From a candidate division Zixibacteria bacterium SM23_81 (GTDB taxonomy: Bacteria > SM23-81): DNA of 64,000 nt. Position numbers and translations under genes: made by a program. This document shows positions 18,672 to 31,625 of the stretch, piece by piece. The notes under the pieces were generated by a model. It worked only from the letters and a program-made list of their open reading frames with translations, was not told where the DNA came from and did no database searches. The stretch's first letter is position 1. Every line of letters begins with the position of its first letter. The stretch lies in assembly GCA_001304015.1 (NCBI GenBank), contig LJUY01000009.1:20481-84480 (forward strand). Reading direction: 5' to 3'.

Positions 18672-19859
18672 ATGAAGATCCCTATAAGTAAGCCTTTATT
18701 TGACAAAGATGAGGAGCGAGCAAGTCTTGAGCCCCTTAGGAATGGATGGGTGATGCAGGGACCCAAGGTTCAGAAATTTGAAAAGATGATAAGTTCCTAT
18801 ACAAGAACTAAATATGCCAGAGCAACAAGTTCCGGAACTGCAGCTCTGCACTTATCTTTGTTGGCCTGCGAGATTAAGCCAGGTGATGAAATCATTGTGC
18901 CGCCTTTTACTTGCGTTGCCAGTGTAAATCCCATAGAGTATATCGGAGGTAAGCCTGTATTCGTAGATATCGATCTGAAAACATATAATATTGATAGCTC
19001 CAAGATAGAGGAAGCTATTACGGAAAACACAAAAGCCATTGTGCCTATTCATTTGTTTGGACTCTGTGCAGACATGGATCCCATCTTGGAATTAGCAAAG
19101 AAATATAGCTTAAGAATTATAGAGGATGCAGCTCTTGCCTTGGGGGCCTTTTATAACGGGGAGCATGCAGGAACTTTTGGTGATGCTGGGTGCTTCAGTT
19201 TCCATCCGAGAAAGGCAATCACAACAGGCGAGGGAGGCATGGTCATAACGAATAACGAAGAGATTGCTCACCAGATAGAGATTATGAGAAATTACGGCGC
19301 CTCGATCTCTGCTTTGGAGCGGCACCAAAAAGAGCTCTATGCTCTTCCACAATACAACATCTTAGGATACAATTACAAAATGACCGATATTCAAGCTAAT
19401 ATCGGTATTCAGCAAATGGGAAAGCTGGAATTTATTCTTAAAAGAAGAACAGAATTAGCAAGGATCTACAATCAAGAGTTGAAAGATTTGAAATGGCTAA
19501 TTATTCCCCATGTAACCGAAGGTTGTACACACGCATACCAATCCTACGTGTGCTTATTCGCTCCCGATGGACTGCCAAAAGAGGGAGCGGATTCGGATGA
19601 ATTAGAAATCATGTGTCAGAAACGTAACGAATTCATGAAATGGCTTCATGGAAAGGGGATTTCAACAGTACCAGGAGCTCTTGCTATACATACAGTGGAT
19701 TATTACAAAGGAAAATACAATTTGAACCAGACAGATTTTTTAAGCTGTTTGATAGCGAGTAAATTGAGCATTGCCTTGCCTCTATATCCTCAGATGAGAG
19801 AGGAAGAACAAGATTATGTAATTCATCACACAAAACATTTTGGGAAAACAAGAATCTAG
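18672..19859 (+). CDS. Second DegT-family sugar aminotransferase
   Basis: SSGTAALHL, EDAA, FSFHPRKAITTGEGG. Confidence 0.92.
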   Translation: MKIPISKPLFDKDEERASLEPLRNGWVMQGPKVQKFEKMISSYTRTKYARATSSGTAALHLSLLACEIKPGDEIIVPPFTCVASVNPIEYIGGKPVFVDIDLKTYNIDSSKIEEAITENTKAIVPIHLFGLCADMDPILELAKKYSLRIIEDAALALGAFYNGEHAGTFGDAGCFSFHPRKAITTGEGGMVITNNEEIAHQIEIMRNYGASISALERHQKELYALPQYNILGYNYKMTDIQANIGIQQMGKLEFILKRRTELARIYNQELKDLKWLIIPHVTEGCTHAYQSYVCLFAPDGLPKEGADSDELEIMCQKRNEFMKWLHGKGISTVPGALAIHTVDYYKGKYNLNQTDFLSCLIASKLSIALPLYPQMREEEQDYVIHHTKHFGKTRI

Positions 19860-19875
19860 TAAAAGGATAACTCGA

Positions 19876-21255
19876 TTGGGTAATAGAACCGCCGTATTGG
19901 GAGCCGGCATCACCGGATTGTATACCGCATATAAATTAGCGGAAAAAGGAAAACATGTTGTTGTATTAGAAAGAGAACCCCTCATGGGAGGACTGGCAGG
20001 AAATGTGGAAAGAAAAGGCGCTATTTTTGACTATGGTCCCCATACCTTTTTTCTCGACGATGCGATGAAGGAGGAATTCTATCGGATAATTGATAGTAAG
20101 GAAGTTAATGTTTTTAGAACAAACGCAAAGATCAAATTTGGCAACAAATACTATCATTATCCGTTAGACGCTATCGATATTCTAATTAAGTCAAACCCAA
20201 TTGTAATTTTCAAATGCCTGTCTGATTATATTACTGCTAAAGTTAAAATGAAAACAAGCCATTCTATTGATGATTCAGCGGAATCCTGGATTATAAATAG
20301 ATTTGGTGAAACCTTGTATAGGATTTATTTTGAAAAATATACAGAGAAAGTATGGGGACTCCATCCAAAGTTTATAGCACCGAGCTTTACGGAAGAAAGA
20401 ATCCCACTCTTAAACCTTCGTCAAACTGTCAAGGCAACTATCACAAAAGCAATCAAGCGATTAATAAGGGGTGAGGAGAGAGAAAAATTTACCTATATTG
20501 TGTGGGGACACTATCCCAAAAAAGGGCCGGGTGCTTTTTTCGAGAGATTAGCGAATAAAATCCACAGTAACGACGGTATCATCCACTTAAATTCAAAATT
20601 GAACAGCATACATCTTGACGGTCGCAGAGCAAGCAAGGTATCCTTTGAGAAAGATGGAGATATTAAGACAATAGAGTGCGATTATGTTGTTTCAACTATT
20701 CCAATTAATGAATTAGTAAAACAGATAACTCCTAAAGCCGATTCTCCAATTCTTAAGGCGGCTAATTTGTTGAGATTCAGAGCAGTAGTTTTCGTGAATC
20801 TTCTCGTTAAAAAACAAGATATCTTTGAAGCACGCATGCTCTATTTTAGAAATAGAACTTTTAATAGGGTCTCAGAGACGAATAAATTCAGCAATGAACT
20901 CGTTCCCAAGGGATTGACGGGTTTATGCGCGGAAATAACATGTGATAAGGACGACGAAACTTGGAATGCCGATGAACAACAACTTTGTGATAAAGTGCTT
21001 AGAGAGCTAGAAGAAGAAGATTTTTTTGTTAGGAAAGATGTTGTATATAGCTTTGTTACTCGAAAAGAGCATGGTTATCCTGTAGCAGCTTTGAACTATA
21101 AAGAAAATTTGAATATACTAAGAGATTATATTAACAATATCGAAAATCTGTTTGTGACCGGGCGACAGGGATTATTCAGATATCTTCAAATGGATCATTG
21201 CATGAAGATGGGTTTTGAAGTCGCTGGGCAGATTTTGTCTCAAAGCGAAAGATAG
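19876..21255 (+). CDS. FAD-dependent oxidoreductase (HemY/UDP-galactopyranose mutase-like, glycan-cluster type)
   Basis: GAGITG Rossmann motif, DYGPH, YTEKVWG, GRQGLFRYLQMDH; TTG start after AAGGA (ORF is open from 19840). Confidence 0.78.
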   Translation: MGNRTAVLGAGITGLYTAYKLAEKGKHVVVLEREPLMGGLAGNVERKGAIFDYGPHTFFLDDAMKEEFYRIIDSKEVNVFRTNAKIKFGNKYYHYPLDAIDILIKSNPIVIFKCLSDYITAKVKMKTSHSIDDSAESWIINRFGETLYRIYFEKYTEKVWGLHPKFIAPSFTEERIPLLNLRQTVKATITKAIKRLIRGEEREKFTYIVWGHYPKKGPGAFFERLANKIHSNDGIIHLNSKLNSIHLDGRRASKVSFEKDGDIKTIECDYVVSTIPINELVKQITPKADSPILKAANLLRFRAVVFVNLLVKKQDIFEARMLYFRNRTFNRVSETNKFSNELVPKGLTGLCAEITCDKDDETWNADEQQLCDKVLRELEEEDFFVRKDVVYSFVTRKEHGYPVAALNYKENLNILRDYINNIENLFVTGRQGLFRYLQMDHCMKMGFEVAGQILSQSER

Positions 21256-21307
21256 CGCCAGTTTCGAAAGGAATAGTTCATTCAAGTGAAAAAACGGAGA
21301 AAAAATT

Positions 21308-21676
21308 ATGTTTAGAAATGTAATTTTCATTCTCTGGGTTGTTTTCTCCTTAGTCGCAAGCCAAGTCTTAATAAAGACAGGGCTGGAAAAAATTGGCGGT
21401 TTCTCCCTAAACTTGCATCAACTCATCCCCAACCTTGGCAAAGTCCTTTGCTCCCCTCTCATTTGGCTAGGATTAATTATAACAGGTTCTGCAGCATTAG
21501 TATGGTTCGATTTGCTTTCAAAACTTGAATTGAGTTTTGTGTATCCAATGGTTAGCTTAAGCTACGTCTTTGCTCTTTTTGCAGCTTGGCTTATTTTTAA
21601 AGAGGATGTCTCCTTAATACGTTTAATAGGTGTCCTCTTTGTTTGTCTTGGAGTATTCTTAATATCGAGAAGCTAA
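21308..21676 (+). CDS. EamA/SMR-family small transporter (ArnE/ArnF-like flippase subunit)
   Basis: Four TM helices; 'LSKLELSFVYPMVSLSYV...FKEDVS'. Confidence 0.78.
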   Translation: MFRNVIFILWVVFSLVASQVLIKTGLEKIGGFSLNLHQLIPNLGKVLCSPLIWLGLIITGSAALVWFDLLSKLELSFVYPMVSLSYVFALFAAWLIFKEDVSLIRLIGVLFVCLGVFLISRS

Positions 21677-21915
21677 AAAGGCAACTTCATGAATTCATAA
21701 TTTGAATGGAGAATCGAAATCCATTGTCTTTCTTGACATCCGCATAAAAGAAATCAAATAACGAACTGATCAATGTTCTCTCTGACCTTGCGGCTTAAAC
21801 AGAGTGATCTTGGCTCATTCGACACTCCCTCAAAGGGATTGTGATAAACTAAAAAGGCAGAGGAACCTTGGAAGGAAGAAAACCTCCTTGTCGCATCTCA
21901 CTGCTCACAACAAGA

Positions 21916-21943
21916 AAGGCCCAACCTCGCTGTTTGGGCCTCT
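21916..21943. terminator. Hairpin between convergent genes
   Basis: aggcccaa...ttgggcct. Confidence 0.45.
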
Positions 21944-21973
21944 TGCCGCCTGAACCTCTCCCATTTTGCATCT

Positions 21974-22687
21974 CTATTCTAAAATCTCCTCCATAACTTT
22001 GCGGTAATCGCTGAAGTCACGAAATAGAGCATCCGGTTTCGCTTTCTCTAGCTCCTCATAAGAGATCATCCCGGTGGCTGCCACAACCACCTTGGCTCCA
22101 AAATGGCGAGCACAGGAGATGTCTGCTGTGGTATCTCCCACGATGATGACCTCCCGTCCGCGAAAGTCTCTGCCGAACTGTTGACCAGCTCTCTGCACGG
22201 CTATTCGGGGCAACTGGTTGCGGTCTGCTGAATCGTCGCCGAAAGCTCCCACGGGGAAATACTGGTTCAGACCCACTGGCTCTAGCTTGAGACGTGCTCC
22301 TCGCTGGATATTGCCCGTCACCAGGCCCAAAACCGTACCGTTGTGGCTGTGAAGTGCCGCCACCAACTCCATCACCCCCGGATATACCTTGAGCTTATGG
22401 GCTCGGGTCATCTCCTCTCTAAGGTACTCCACGTAGATATCCCAGAACCGTTCCATCCGTTCCTCTATCAGGTTGAGAGCGTAGCCGGCCAAAGTCATCA
22501 ACTCGATGATGATCTGGGGATCTGTCTTGCCGCTAAAGGGAAAGCCCTTGATGGGGCCGGTGGAACCGTAGACTTCCAACAAGCTTCGCCGCATGGCTCT
22601 TCTTCCGGCACCACCAGTGTACAAGATGGTGCCGTCGATATCGAAGAGAACCAGCTTGGTCCCAACCATCTCCCTCATCGTCCACAA
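21974..22687 (-). CDS. HAD-superfamily hydrolase (phosphoglycolate phosphatase-like)
   Basis: LFDIDGT, VTGN, IVGDT..D. Confidence 0.88.
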   Translation of the reverse strand: MWTMREMVGTKLVLFDIDGTILYTGGAGRRAMRRSLLEVYGSTGPIKGFPFSGKTDPQIIIELMTLAGYALNLIEERMERFWDIYVEYLREEMTRAHKLKVYPGVMELVAALHSHNGTVLGLVTGNIQRGARLKLEPVGLNQYFPVGAFGDDSADRNQLPRIAVQRAGQQFGRDFRGREVIIVGDTTADISCARHFGAKVVVAATGMISYEELEKAKPDALFRDFSDYRKVMEEILE

Positions 22688-22700
22688 TCTCCCTGAAAGA

Positions 22701-23843
22701 TCACACCACAGAGAGGTCTCGACTGATCTCCCCGGTTAGAAATCTGTCCATATGAAGCCGATCGATGGGCAGGTCCAACTCCTCACCGGTGATGAGCTGG
22801 GCTAATAAGTCCACCACCTTGGGAGCCAGCATGAAGCCGTGGCCGCTGAAGCCGTTGATCTGTATAAAACCTTCGACTCCATCCACAGGCCCCAAGATGG
22901 GCAGGGCGTCAGGTGTGGTGTCGTAGAGACCACCCCACTGGCGCACGACCTTCACCCGGTGCAGCGCCGGCATGAGATTGAGGATTTTGCGACTCATGGT
23001 CCTCAAAAACTTCATGCTGGAGGTGATATCGAAACCCGGCCTCTCATCTGGGTCACCGTAGCCCATAAGGATGCCCCCTCTCTTTTCTTGTCGGAAATAG
23101 ACGCCGTGCTTAAAGGAGATCACCATGGTGGTGAAGAAGGGCTCCACCTGTTCGGTGACCATGATCTCATGGCGGGTCGGCACGATGGGCAGCTCCACCC
23201 CAACCATCTTGGCGAGGGACACTGAATCCCCACCGGCAGCGTTGACAATCAGAGGCGTCTCGATTTTCCCCCGCGATGTGACCACTGAGGCGATCCGGCC
23301 GCCTCTTTTCTCGATGTTCGTCACCGGAGTGTACAGCTCGATTTGAACTCCCAAGCACTTGGCCGCCTCAGCATATGCCTGGGTCACATAGAAGGGATTG
23401 GCCGAGCCGTCGCTGGGACAGTATGTGGCGCACAAAACACCTTCGGTGTTCAGGTGTGGAGCGATCTCTCGAGCCTCCTTGGGATCGATAAATCGAACAT
23501 CCAATCCCAGTTTCTGCTGCATGGCCACGTTCTTTTTATACTGCTCCACCTCCTGATCCGTATAGGCCAGAATGAGATAGCCTCCCTGCTCGAACTCCGT
23601 CTCATATTCGAGCTCTTCGTCCAGCTGACCAAACAGCCGGACGCTCTCCATGGCCAGTTTTGTGTTCTCCTCGGTGCTCCACTGCTGGCGGATACCACCA
23701 CCACACCGCCCCGTAGCTCCGCTGGCCAGATATTCTCGTTCCAACACGACCACATCCTTAAAGCCCCGCTTGGCCAGACAATAAGCCAGGCCACAACCAC
23801 TTACGCCTCCCCCGATGATCACTGCATCAGCTCGTCTCTTCAT
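22701..23843 (-). CDS. Dye-linked L-proline dehydrogenase / sarcosine oxidase beta-type subunit (PdhB-like)
   Basis: IIGGGVSG, GATGRCGGGIR, TPDALPILG, GFSGHGFMLAP. Confidence 0.85.
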   Translation of the reverse strand: MKRRADAVIIGGGVSGCGLAYCLAKRGFKDVVVLEREYLASGATGRCGGGIRQQWSTEENTKLAMESVRLFGQLDEELEYETEFEQGGYLILAYTDQEVEQYKKNVAMQQKLGLDVRFIDPKEAREIAPHLNTEGVLCATYCPSDGSANPFYVTQAYAEAAKCLGVQIELYTPVTNIEKRGGRIASVVTSRGKIETPLIVNAAGGDSVSLAKMVGVELPIVPTRHEIMVTEQVEPFFTTMVISFKHGVYFRQEKRGGILMGYGDPDERPGFDITSSMKFLRTMSRKILNLMPALHRVKVVRQWGGLYDTTPDALPILGPVDGVEGFIQINGFSGHGFMLAPKVVDLLAQLITGEELDLPIDRLHMDRFLTGEISRDLSVV

Positions 23844-24108
23844 GAGGTGTCCCCGCTAAAATGGCCAGCTCTGTAGGGGCGGCTGGTGGACGAGAGGTTG
23901 GCAGGGGCACCTGGCTTAGAGATGTGCCCGTTTTGGCAGCAATGATCTGGGCTATGAGCCGCCCACAAGTTCGTCCCTGACAGGCTCCCATACCACAGCG
24001 GAGCATCCGTTTCATTTCCTCCGTGGTGGTGAAACCCTGCTCGATAGCCTCGACAACCTGCCCATAGGTTACGTCCTCACAACGGCAGATGATGGTGTCC
24101 TCCGTCAA
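23827..24108 (-). CDS. BFD-like [2Fe-2S] small subunit (PdhX-like)
   Basis: ICRCEDVT...GMGACQGRTC, RPP. Confidence 0.85.
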   Translation of the reverse strand: MTEDTIICRCEDVTYGQVVEAIEQGFTTTEEMKRMLRCGMGACQGRTCGRLIAQIIAAKTGTSLSQVPLPTSRPPAAPTELAILAGTPHEETS

Positions 24109-24170
24109 TCCGTCGCCTCCATATGCAAGTGAAATAGTTCACAACAGCACGCTTAAAAAAGGACCACTCC

Positions 24171-26710
<2,540 letters not shown>

Positions 26711-26721
<11 letters not shown>

Positions 26722-28162
26722 ATCGGCAGGCCTCCTGGCGCATCATCTCCTTGCCCTTTCGAGCCTTCTCCCCAAAGGGTCCGGTCCGTAACTCCTTAAG
26801 CTGGCTCAGAATCTCTTCTTTCCGCTCGGAAATCGCTTTCTTCCCCAAGCTCTCGGCAGCACAGAGGCCTGCCAACCGACCCTCCAGCATGGCCGTGCTG
26901 GCTTCCTCTATGCCCGAGGCATCTCCGGCCACGTAAATGCCCTTCACCGTGGTCTCCAGGTTCTCATCGTGCACGGCCACGTGTCCGCCCAGCTCCGGGA
27001 TGTAGCAAGATTGGCATCCAGCCTGGAAAAGCAGCTCCGCTGTGGGCGACAGACCCACCGCCAGGCAGATGACATCCACGGCAAGCTCGCGTTGAGTGTT
27101 GGGGATGGGTTGCCAGTGGGAATCTACCTGTGCTACCACAGCACCTTCCACCTTCTCTTGGCCACTGGCCTTCGTGATGGTATGACATGTGTGAATGGGA
27201 ACACCAGCGCGTCGAATCTTGGCGGCATGCACGTGATATCCCCCTATATAAGGGGCGGCTTCTATGACCTCGACCACTTCAACGCCGGCCTGAAGCAACT
27301 GATAGCTGACGATGAGACCGATATTGCCCGCACCCACCATCAGCACTCGGCGGCCGGGTATCAGCCCATAGACGTTCATCAAAGTCTGAACAGCCCCAGC
27401 TCCATATACTCCAGGAAGATCGCAGTGCTCAAAGGCCAGCATGTTCTCCGAAGCTCCGCTGGCCATGATGATCTTCTGGGCCCGCAGGCCAAAAAGCTCC
27501 TGTCTCCGGACGACGCCCAGAGTTTTGTCAGCGTATAAGCCTATTGCCGTCGCTTCCAGCATGATCTGAGCCCGGGAGTCATCAATTTGCTCCAACAGAA
27601 GCGGGACGATATCGATACCACGGACCTTAGCGTGTTGTTCCTTAGAACCAAAGAACATGTGGGTTTGCTTGATGAGCTGGCCACCAATGCCGTCATTTTC
27701 ATCGAAGACAACTGTCTCTGCTCCCATTCTTGTGGTCTCAACCGCCGCCGAAAGACCGGCAGGCCCGGCCCCTATGATAGCCACCTCAGTCTCCAAGATT
27801 TTATCCACGTATTGACCAGGCCAGGTCCATATCGTAGCCGGATCGTCCTCGGGAAGCTGGCCTTTACCCTTTGGACTGCAGACTTTCATTCCCTCTCGCA
27901 GTGGGGTGATACAGATCCTCACGTTGGGAACCCCATCAACGGTCATCAGGCAGGAGGAGCACTTGCCGATGGCACAGAAGAAGCCGCGAGGCCGGTGGAG
28001 CTGAGGACTTCTCCGATAGGTGGTCACTCCAGCGGCGTGAAGGGCTGCCGCCACAGTCTCACCCTCATGCCCGTCGAGTTTTTTACCATTAAATGTGAAG
28101 GAGATCTTCCTTCCTCGCTTGAATTGGAGAATGGGATGCTCTGTGAGTCGTATTTCGGCCAT
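26711..28162 (-). CDS. [2Fe-2S] + FAD/NAD oxidoreductase, PdhA / sarcosine oxidase alpha-like subunit
   Basis: GFFCAIGKCSSC...C, IIGAGPAG, VGAGNIG, YVAGD. Confidence 0.85.
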
Positions 28163-28185
28163 TTGAATTGAATTATGTGTGTAAG

Positions 28186-29337
28186 TTAATAACTGTCCCG
28201 ATAAATCTGAAGCGCCTCTTCCCAGCTCACCTGACGGATGTTGTTGGCCAGATTGCGGGTATGCTCCATGGTCTGGCGGGCGAACTCTTCCAGGTCTTTT
28301 TCCTGAATCCCCAGATCACGCAGGCGAGTGGGCATCTTGACCTCATCTCGGAGGCGTTCAATGGCATCTATGGCCAACTTCGTCCCCCGGGTAGCATCCC
28401 CGCGTTGACCGAGGGCGACGGCCAAGCGAGCGAACCTCTCTTGGTCCGCACTCCCATTAAAGGCCATTACTTTGGGCATTAACACCCCATTGGACAGTCC
28501 GTGGGGGATGCCATACTTGGTGGTGGGGGCATAACCTACCCCGTGTAACAGGGTCGTCCCTGTCTGAGCAATAACCATTCCGGCCAGCATAGAGGCGTAG
28601 AGAACCTTTGTCCGAGCCTCAATATCGTCGCCATGGGCTACAGCCTGAGGAAGATGCCCATGGATAATCCCCACTGCCTCCAGAGCTAAGATATCACTGG
28701 CTGGTTGCGCCTTGGTCGAGATGAACCCCTCCACTGCATGGCTGAGGGCGTCGATGCCGGTATTGGCAGTCACGTCTGGAGGCATGCTGATGGTGAGCCG
28801 GGGATCGAGCAGGGCAACTCGAGGGAAGATGTACGGGCTGGCTACGGACTTCTTCATCCCTTTATGCGAGTCCACGAATACGGCATAGGGGGTCACCTCG
28901 CTGCCCGTTCCAGCCGTGGTGGGCACAGCCACCACAGGCAGAACCGGAGAGGTTATCCTTGCGGAACCAAAATAATCTCCCAACGATCCCCCTAATCTGG
29001 CCAGAACAGCCATCCCTTTTGCGGCATCCATGGGGCTGCCACCGCCCAAGCCCACGATGACATCGCAGCCCATCTTCCTGGCTACGCTACTACCCAACTC
29101 CACCGTCTCAACAGAGGGATTCTCCTCCACTTGATCAAATACCTCCAAGGTCACACCGGCCTTCTTCAGAGAACCCACCACCGTATCCAAAGCGCCACTA
29201 CGCTTAGAGGATTTCCGTCCAGTCACCACCAGGGCTCGCCTGCCCAGACGAGAAGTCTCCTGACCCACACGAGTTATACTACCTTCCCCAAAAGAAACCT
29301 CGGTGGGCAGAAGAAAATGGAAGCTGCGCATCTTCAC
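28186..29337 (-). CDS. Iron-containing alcohol dehydrogenase
   Basis: GLGGGSPMD, PTTAGTGSEVT, DALSH, LLHG, PHG. Confidence 0.9.
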   Translation of the reverse strand: MKMRSFHFLLPTEVSFGEGSITRVGQETSRLGRRALVVTGRKSSKRSGALDTVVGSLKKAGVTLEVFDQVEENPSVETVELGSSVARKMGCDVIVGLGGGSPMDAAKGMAVLARLGGSLGDYFGSARITSPVLPVVAVPTTAGTGSEVTPYAVFVDSHKGMKKSVASPYIFPRVALLDPRLTISMPPDVTANTGIDALSHAVEGFISTKAQPASDILALEAVGIIHGHLPQAVAHGDDIEARTKVLYASMLAGMVIAQTGTTLLHGVGYAPTTKYGIPHGLSNGVLMPKVMAFNGSADQERFARLAVALGQRGDATRGTKLAIDAIERLRDEVKMPTRLRDLGIQEKDLEEFARQTMEHTRNLANNIRQVSWEEALQIYRDSY

Positions 29338-29355
29338 TCCCCTTTAGCTCTGAGT

Positions 29356-30996
29356 CTACTGCCCAAATTCCGCCTTAACGCCCAGGGAACTCTCCTTGGT
29401 CAATTCCAAGATCCTCTCCATCTCCCGACGGAGCGGCTCGGTGTCCAAACCACCGTAGTCCAGCTCCTGAGCCAGCTCGCCCGCGGACTTCTCGCTACCC
29501 TGAGCCCACAGCCGTTTTAAAAACTGCCCCACTCGAGGATCGGCGAACCAATGGGGACCATACTCTCTCCGAAGGGTCTCTCGCAACTGCGCTTCTAACA
29601 TCCAAGCCTCCAAGTAGTTGACCGAGTAATAATCCTCATTGGCCATGAGGTAACCCATCTCGGCCTCTGGCAAACTCAACGGGGTCAGCCGGGCTTTCTC
29701 CCACACGTTCCGATAGGTCCACACGGGATCCTGGTCCCCGCTGTGGAGCATCCGCTCAAACAGAAACAGACTGCAATAGTACCTCAACGAGCTGAGCTCC
29801 GACAGCAGGGACTGCCGCAGAAAGGGTTCCACCACCTCTGAGGGCATGCCCAGATCTACCTCCAGGAATTTCTCATCCATGAAGAGATTCTCAAAAAGAA
29901 AAGCGTAGGTCTCGGTGACGCCATAATCTCCCAAATCCTTGAACTCGTATTCTTGGACTTCCACATTAGCATAGTGCTGGGCATGGCCCATCTCGTGAAA
30001 TAGGCTCTCGTAATCCTCCATGCCACCCATCGGCTGCACCAAGACCCTGATGTCGCTGGGAATAGAGATGGTATAACATGCCGGCCTGGGTTCCTTCTCA
30101 GGTCGAACCTCTATGTCCAAATCTATATTGGGCTGTTGAGATAGATCAATGCCCATGTCCGCCAAAACCATCTGCAAAAGGGGTACCATCCAACTGCTGG
30201 GAAAATACTCATCGAACCTATGACCTCGAAACAGCCGAGCGCGATCGTAAACTCGAAGGTCATTCAGGGGAATTTCCAGCACAGTATGAGCCGCCTCCGT
30301 CAACAACTCCCGATAGATGAGTTCCGTCTGGTAGAGAAGGTCTTCGCAGATATGGGTCAACTGATCAAAATCGGTGCTGTGTACACGGTCTTGAAACTCA
30401 TCATAGTCAGTAAACCCGAACTGACGACACGTTTCCCTTTGTATTTGCAGCCTCTGACGCAATAGAGGATTGATTTTGGAAATAACTACTTCTCCCCGAG
30501 CCCGGTATAGTTTCCGGCGCCATTCCCGGTCTGAGCTGTTGAACAATTCTCCATATACCTCCCGGAAGGTAACCTGTTGGCCGTCCACATCCAACCACTC
30601 CATGGCCTGGATGTCCAGAATTTGATCATCCAGCTCCTTGGACCTCTGACCAGCGAATTCCTCCACCAGATATCGGTAGAGATACTCCAGGCGGCGACGT
30701 TCCCGGGGATCTTGCTCCTCTTCCATCTGCTTCTGAACGAACCGGATCAACCTGGGATCGGCAAAAAGATCCTGGTATTCCCCGTAGATCTCTGCCAGGC
30801 GCGAGGGTTGGCCATAATTGTCTGTCTCGTACCAACTGAGGGAAACCTCTTGGTCAAAGGCTTCGGCCCGTATACGGACCTCGTCCAGGTCGTATCGTCT
30901 CTGGGCACACGATAGACCTAGCCCTACTAAAGCAAAACATAGGACTAGATTAAGTCTTCTTCCCAGATTCATAGGACCTCTTTCAAGGTTTTGCAT
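29356..30996 (-). CDS. Gluzincin (M3/M2-like) metallopeptidase lipoprotein
   Basis: Lipobox LSC, HEMGH, downstream E (VTETYAFLFE). Confidence 0.72.
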   Translation of the reverse strand: MQNLERGPMNLGRRLNLVLCFALVGLGLSCAQRRYDLDEVRIRAEAFDQEVSLSWYETDNYGQPSRLAEIYGEYQDLFADPRLIRFVQKQMEEEQDPRERRRLEYLYRYLVEEFAGQRSKELDDQILDIQAMEWLDVDGQQVTFREVYGELFNSSDREWRRKLYRARGEVVISKINPLLRQRLQIQRETCRQFGFTDYDEFQDRVHSTDFDQLTHICEDLLYQTELIYRELLTEAAHTVLEIPLNDLRVYDRARLFRGHRFDEYFPSSWMVPLLQMVLADMGIDLSQQPNIDLDIEVRPEKEPRPACYTISIPSDIRVLVQPMGGMEDYESLFHEMGHAQHYANVEVQEYEFKDLGDYGVTETYAFLFENLFMDEKFLEVDLGMPSEVVEPFLRQSLLSELSSLRYYCSLFLFERMLHSGDQDPVWTYRNVWEKARLTPLSLPEAEMGYLMANEDYYSVNYLEAWMLEAQLRETLRREYGPHWFADPRVGQFLKRLWAQGSEKSAGELAQELDYGGLDTEPLRREMERILELTKESSLGVKAEFGQ

Positions 30997-31597
30997 TCTG
31001 AAGAGTTCTCGTCTCCCGCCTTCGCTTTATAGGTCGAGAGACGCCGTATTCACTGATCATCACCACACATAAAGCGCAGATGGCCCCCAGCATAGCACCA
31101 CCAACGACGTCCAGAGGATAGTGGACACCTACGTAAACACGGGAGTAGGCCACACCCAGTGGCAAAATAAATAGATACGCGCCCAATTTCTTATGTCTGA
31201 GCATCATGAGAGTCCAGATGGCGAAGTTATTGGTGGCGTGTGAGGAGGGAAAAGAGAGGCGTCCTCCGCAGGGCACCAGCAAGCGCACCCCTTCGAGAAC
31301 GTGACAGGGCCTCTGGCGGGAAACCAAGGGCTTGAGCACGTGGCTACTGATCTGATCGCTGAGCACCAGGAGAATTAGAGCCAGCAATACGGTCACCCTG
31401 GTTCGCCGTCCACCTAAGATGACCGCCGCCAGCGCCGCCAGCGCCAGTGGAACTCGCCACAGCTTGACATCGCTCAACGCTGGCATAATCAGGTCGAAGA
31501 AACCATTCTGCGTCTGGAGGTTGATCATATAAAACCAGATTGTGTCCCAGCAAGAGAGGGTGTCAAAAAACTTCACCAGGGCCAAGAGATATATCAA
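30983..31597 (-). CDS. PAP2-family membrane phosphatase
   Basis: K..VSRQRP, SFPSSH, SRVYVGVHYPLD. Confidence 0.9.
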   Translation of the reverse strand: MIYLLALVKFFDTLSCWDTIWFYMINLQTQNGFFDLIMPALSDVKLWRVPLALAALAAVILGGRRTRVTVLLALILLVLSDQISSHVLKPLVSRQRPCHVLEGVRLLVPCGGRLSFPSSHATNNFAIWTLMMLRHKKLGAYLFILPLGVAYSRVYVGVHYPLDVVGGAMLGAICALCVVMISEYGVSRPIKRRRETRTLQNAKP

Positions 31598-31625
31598 GGC
31601 AACACCTCAGGCAAACAGACTCCCT

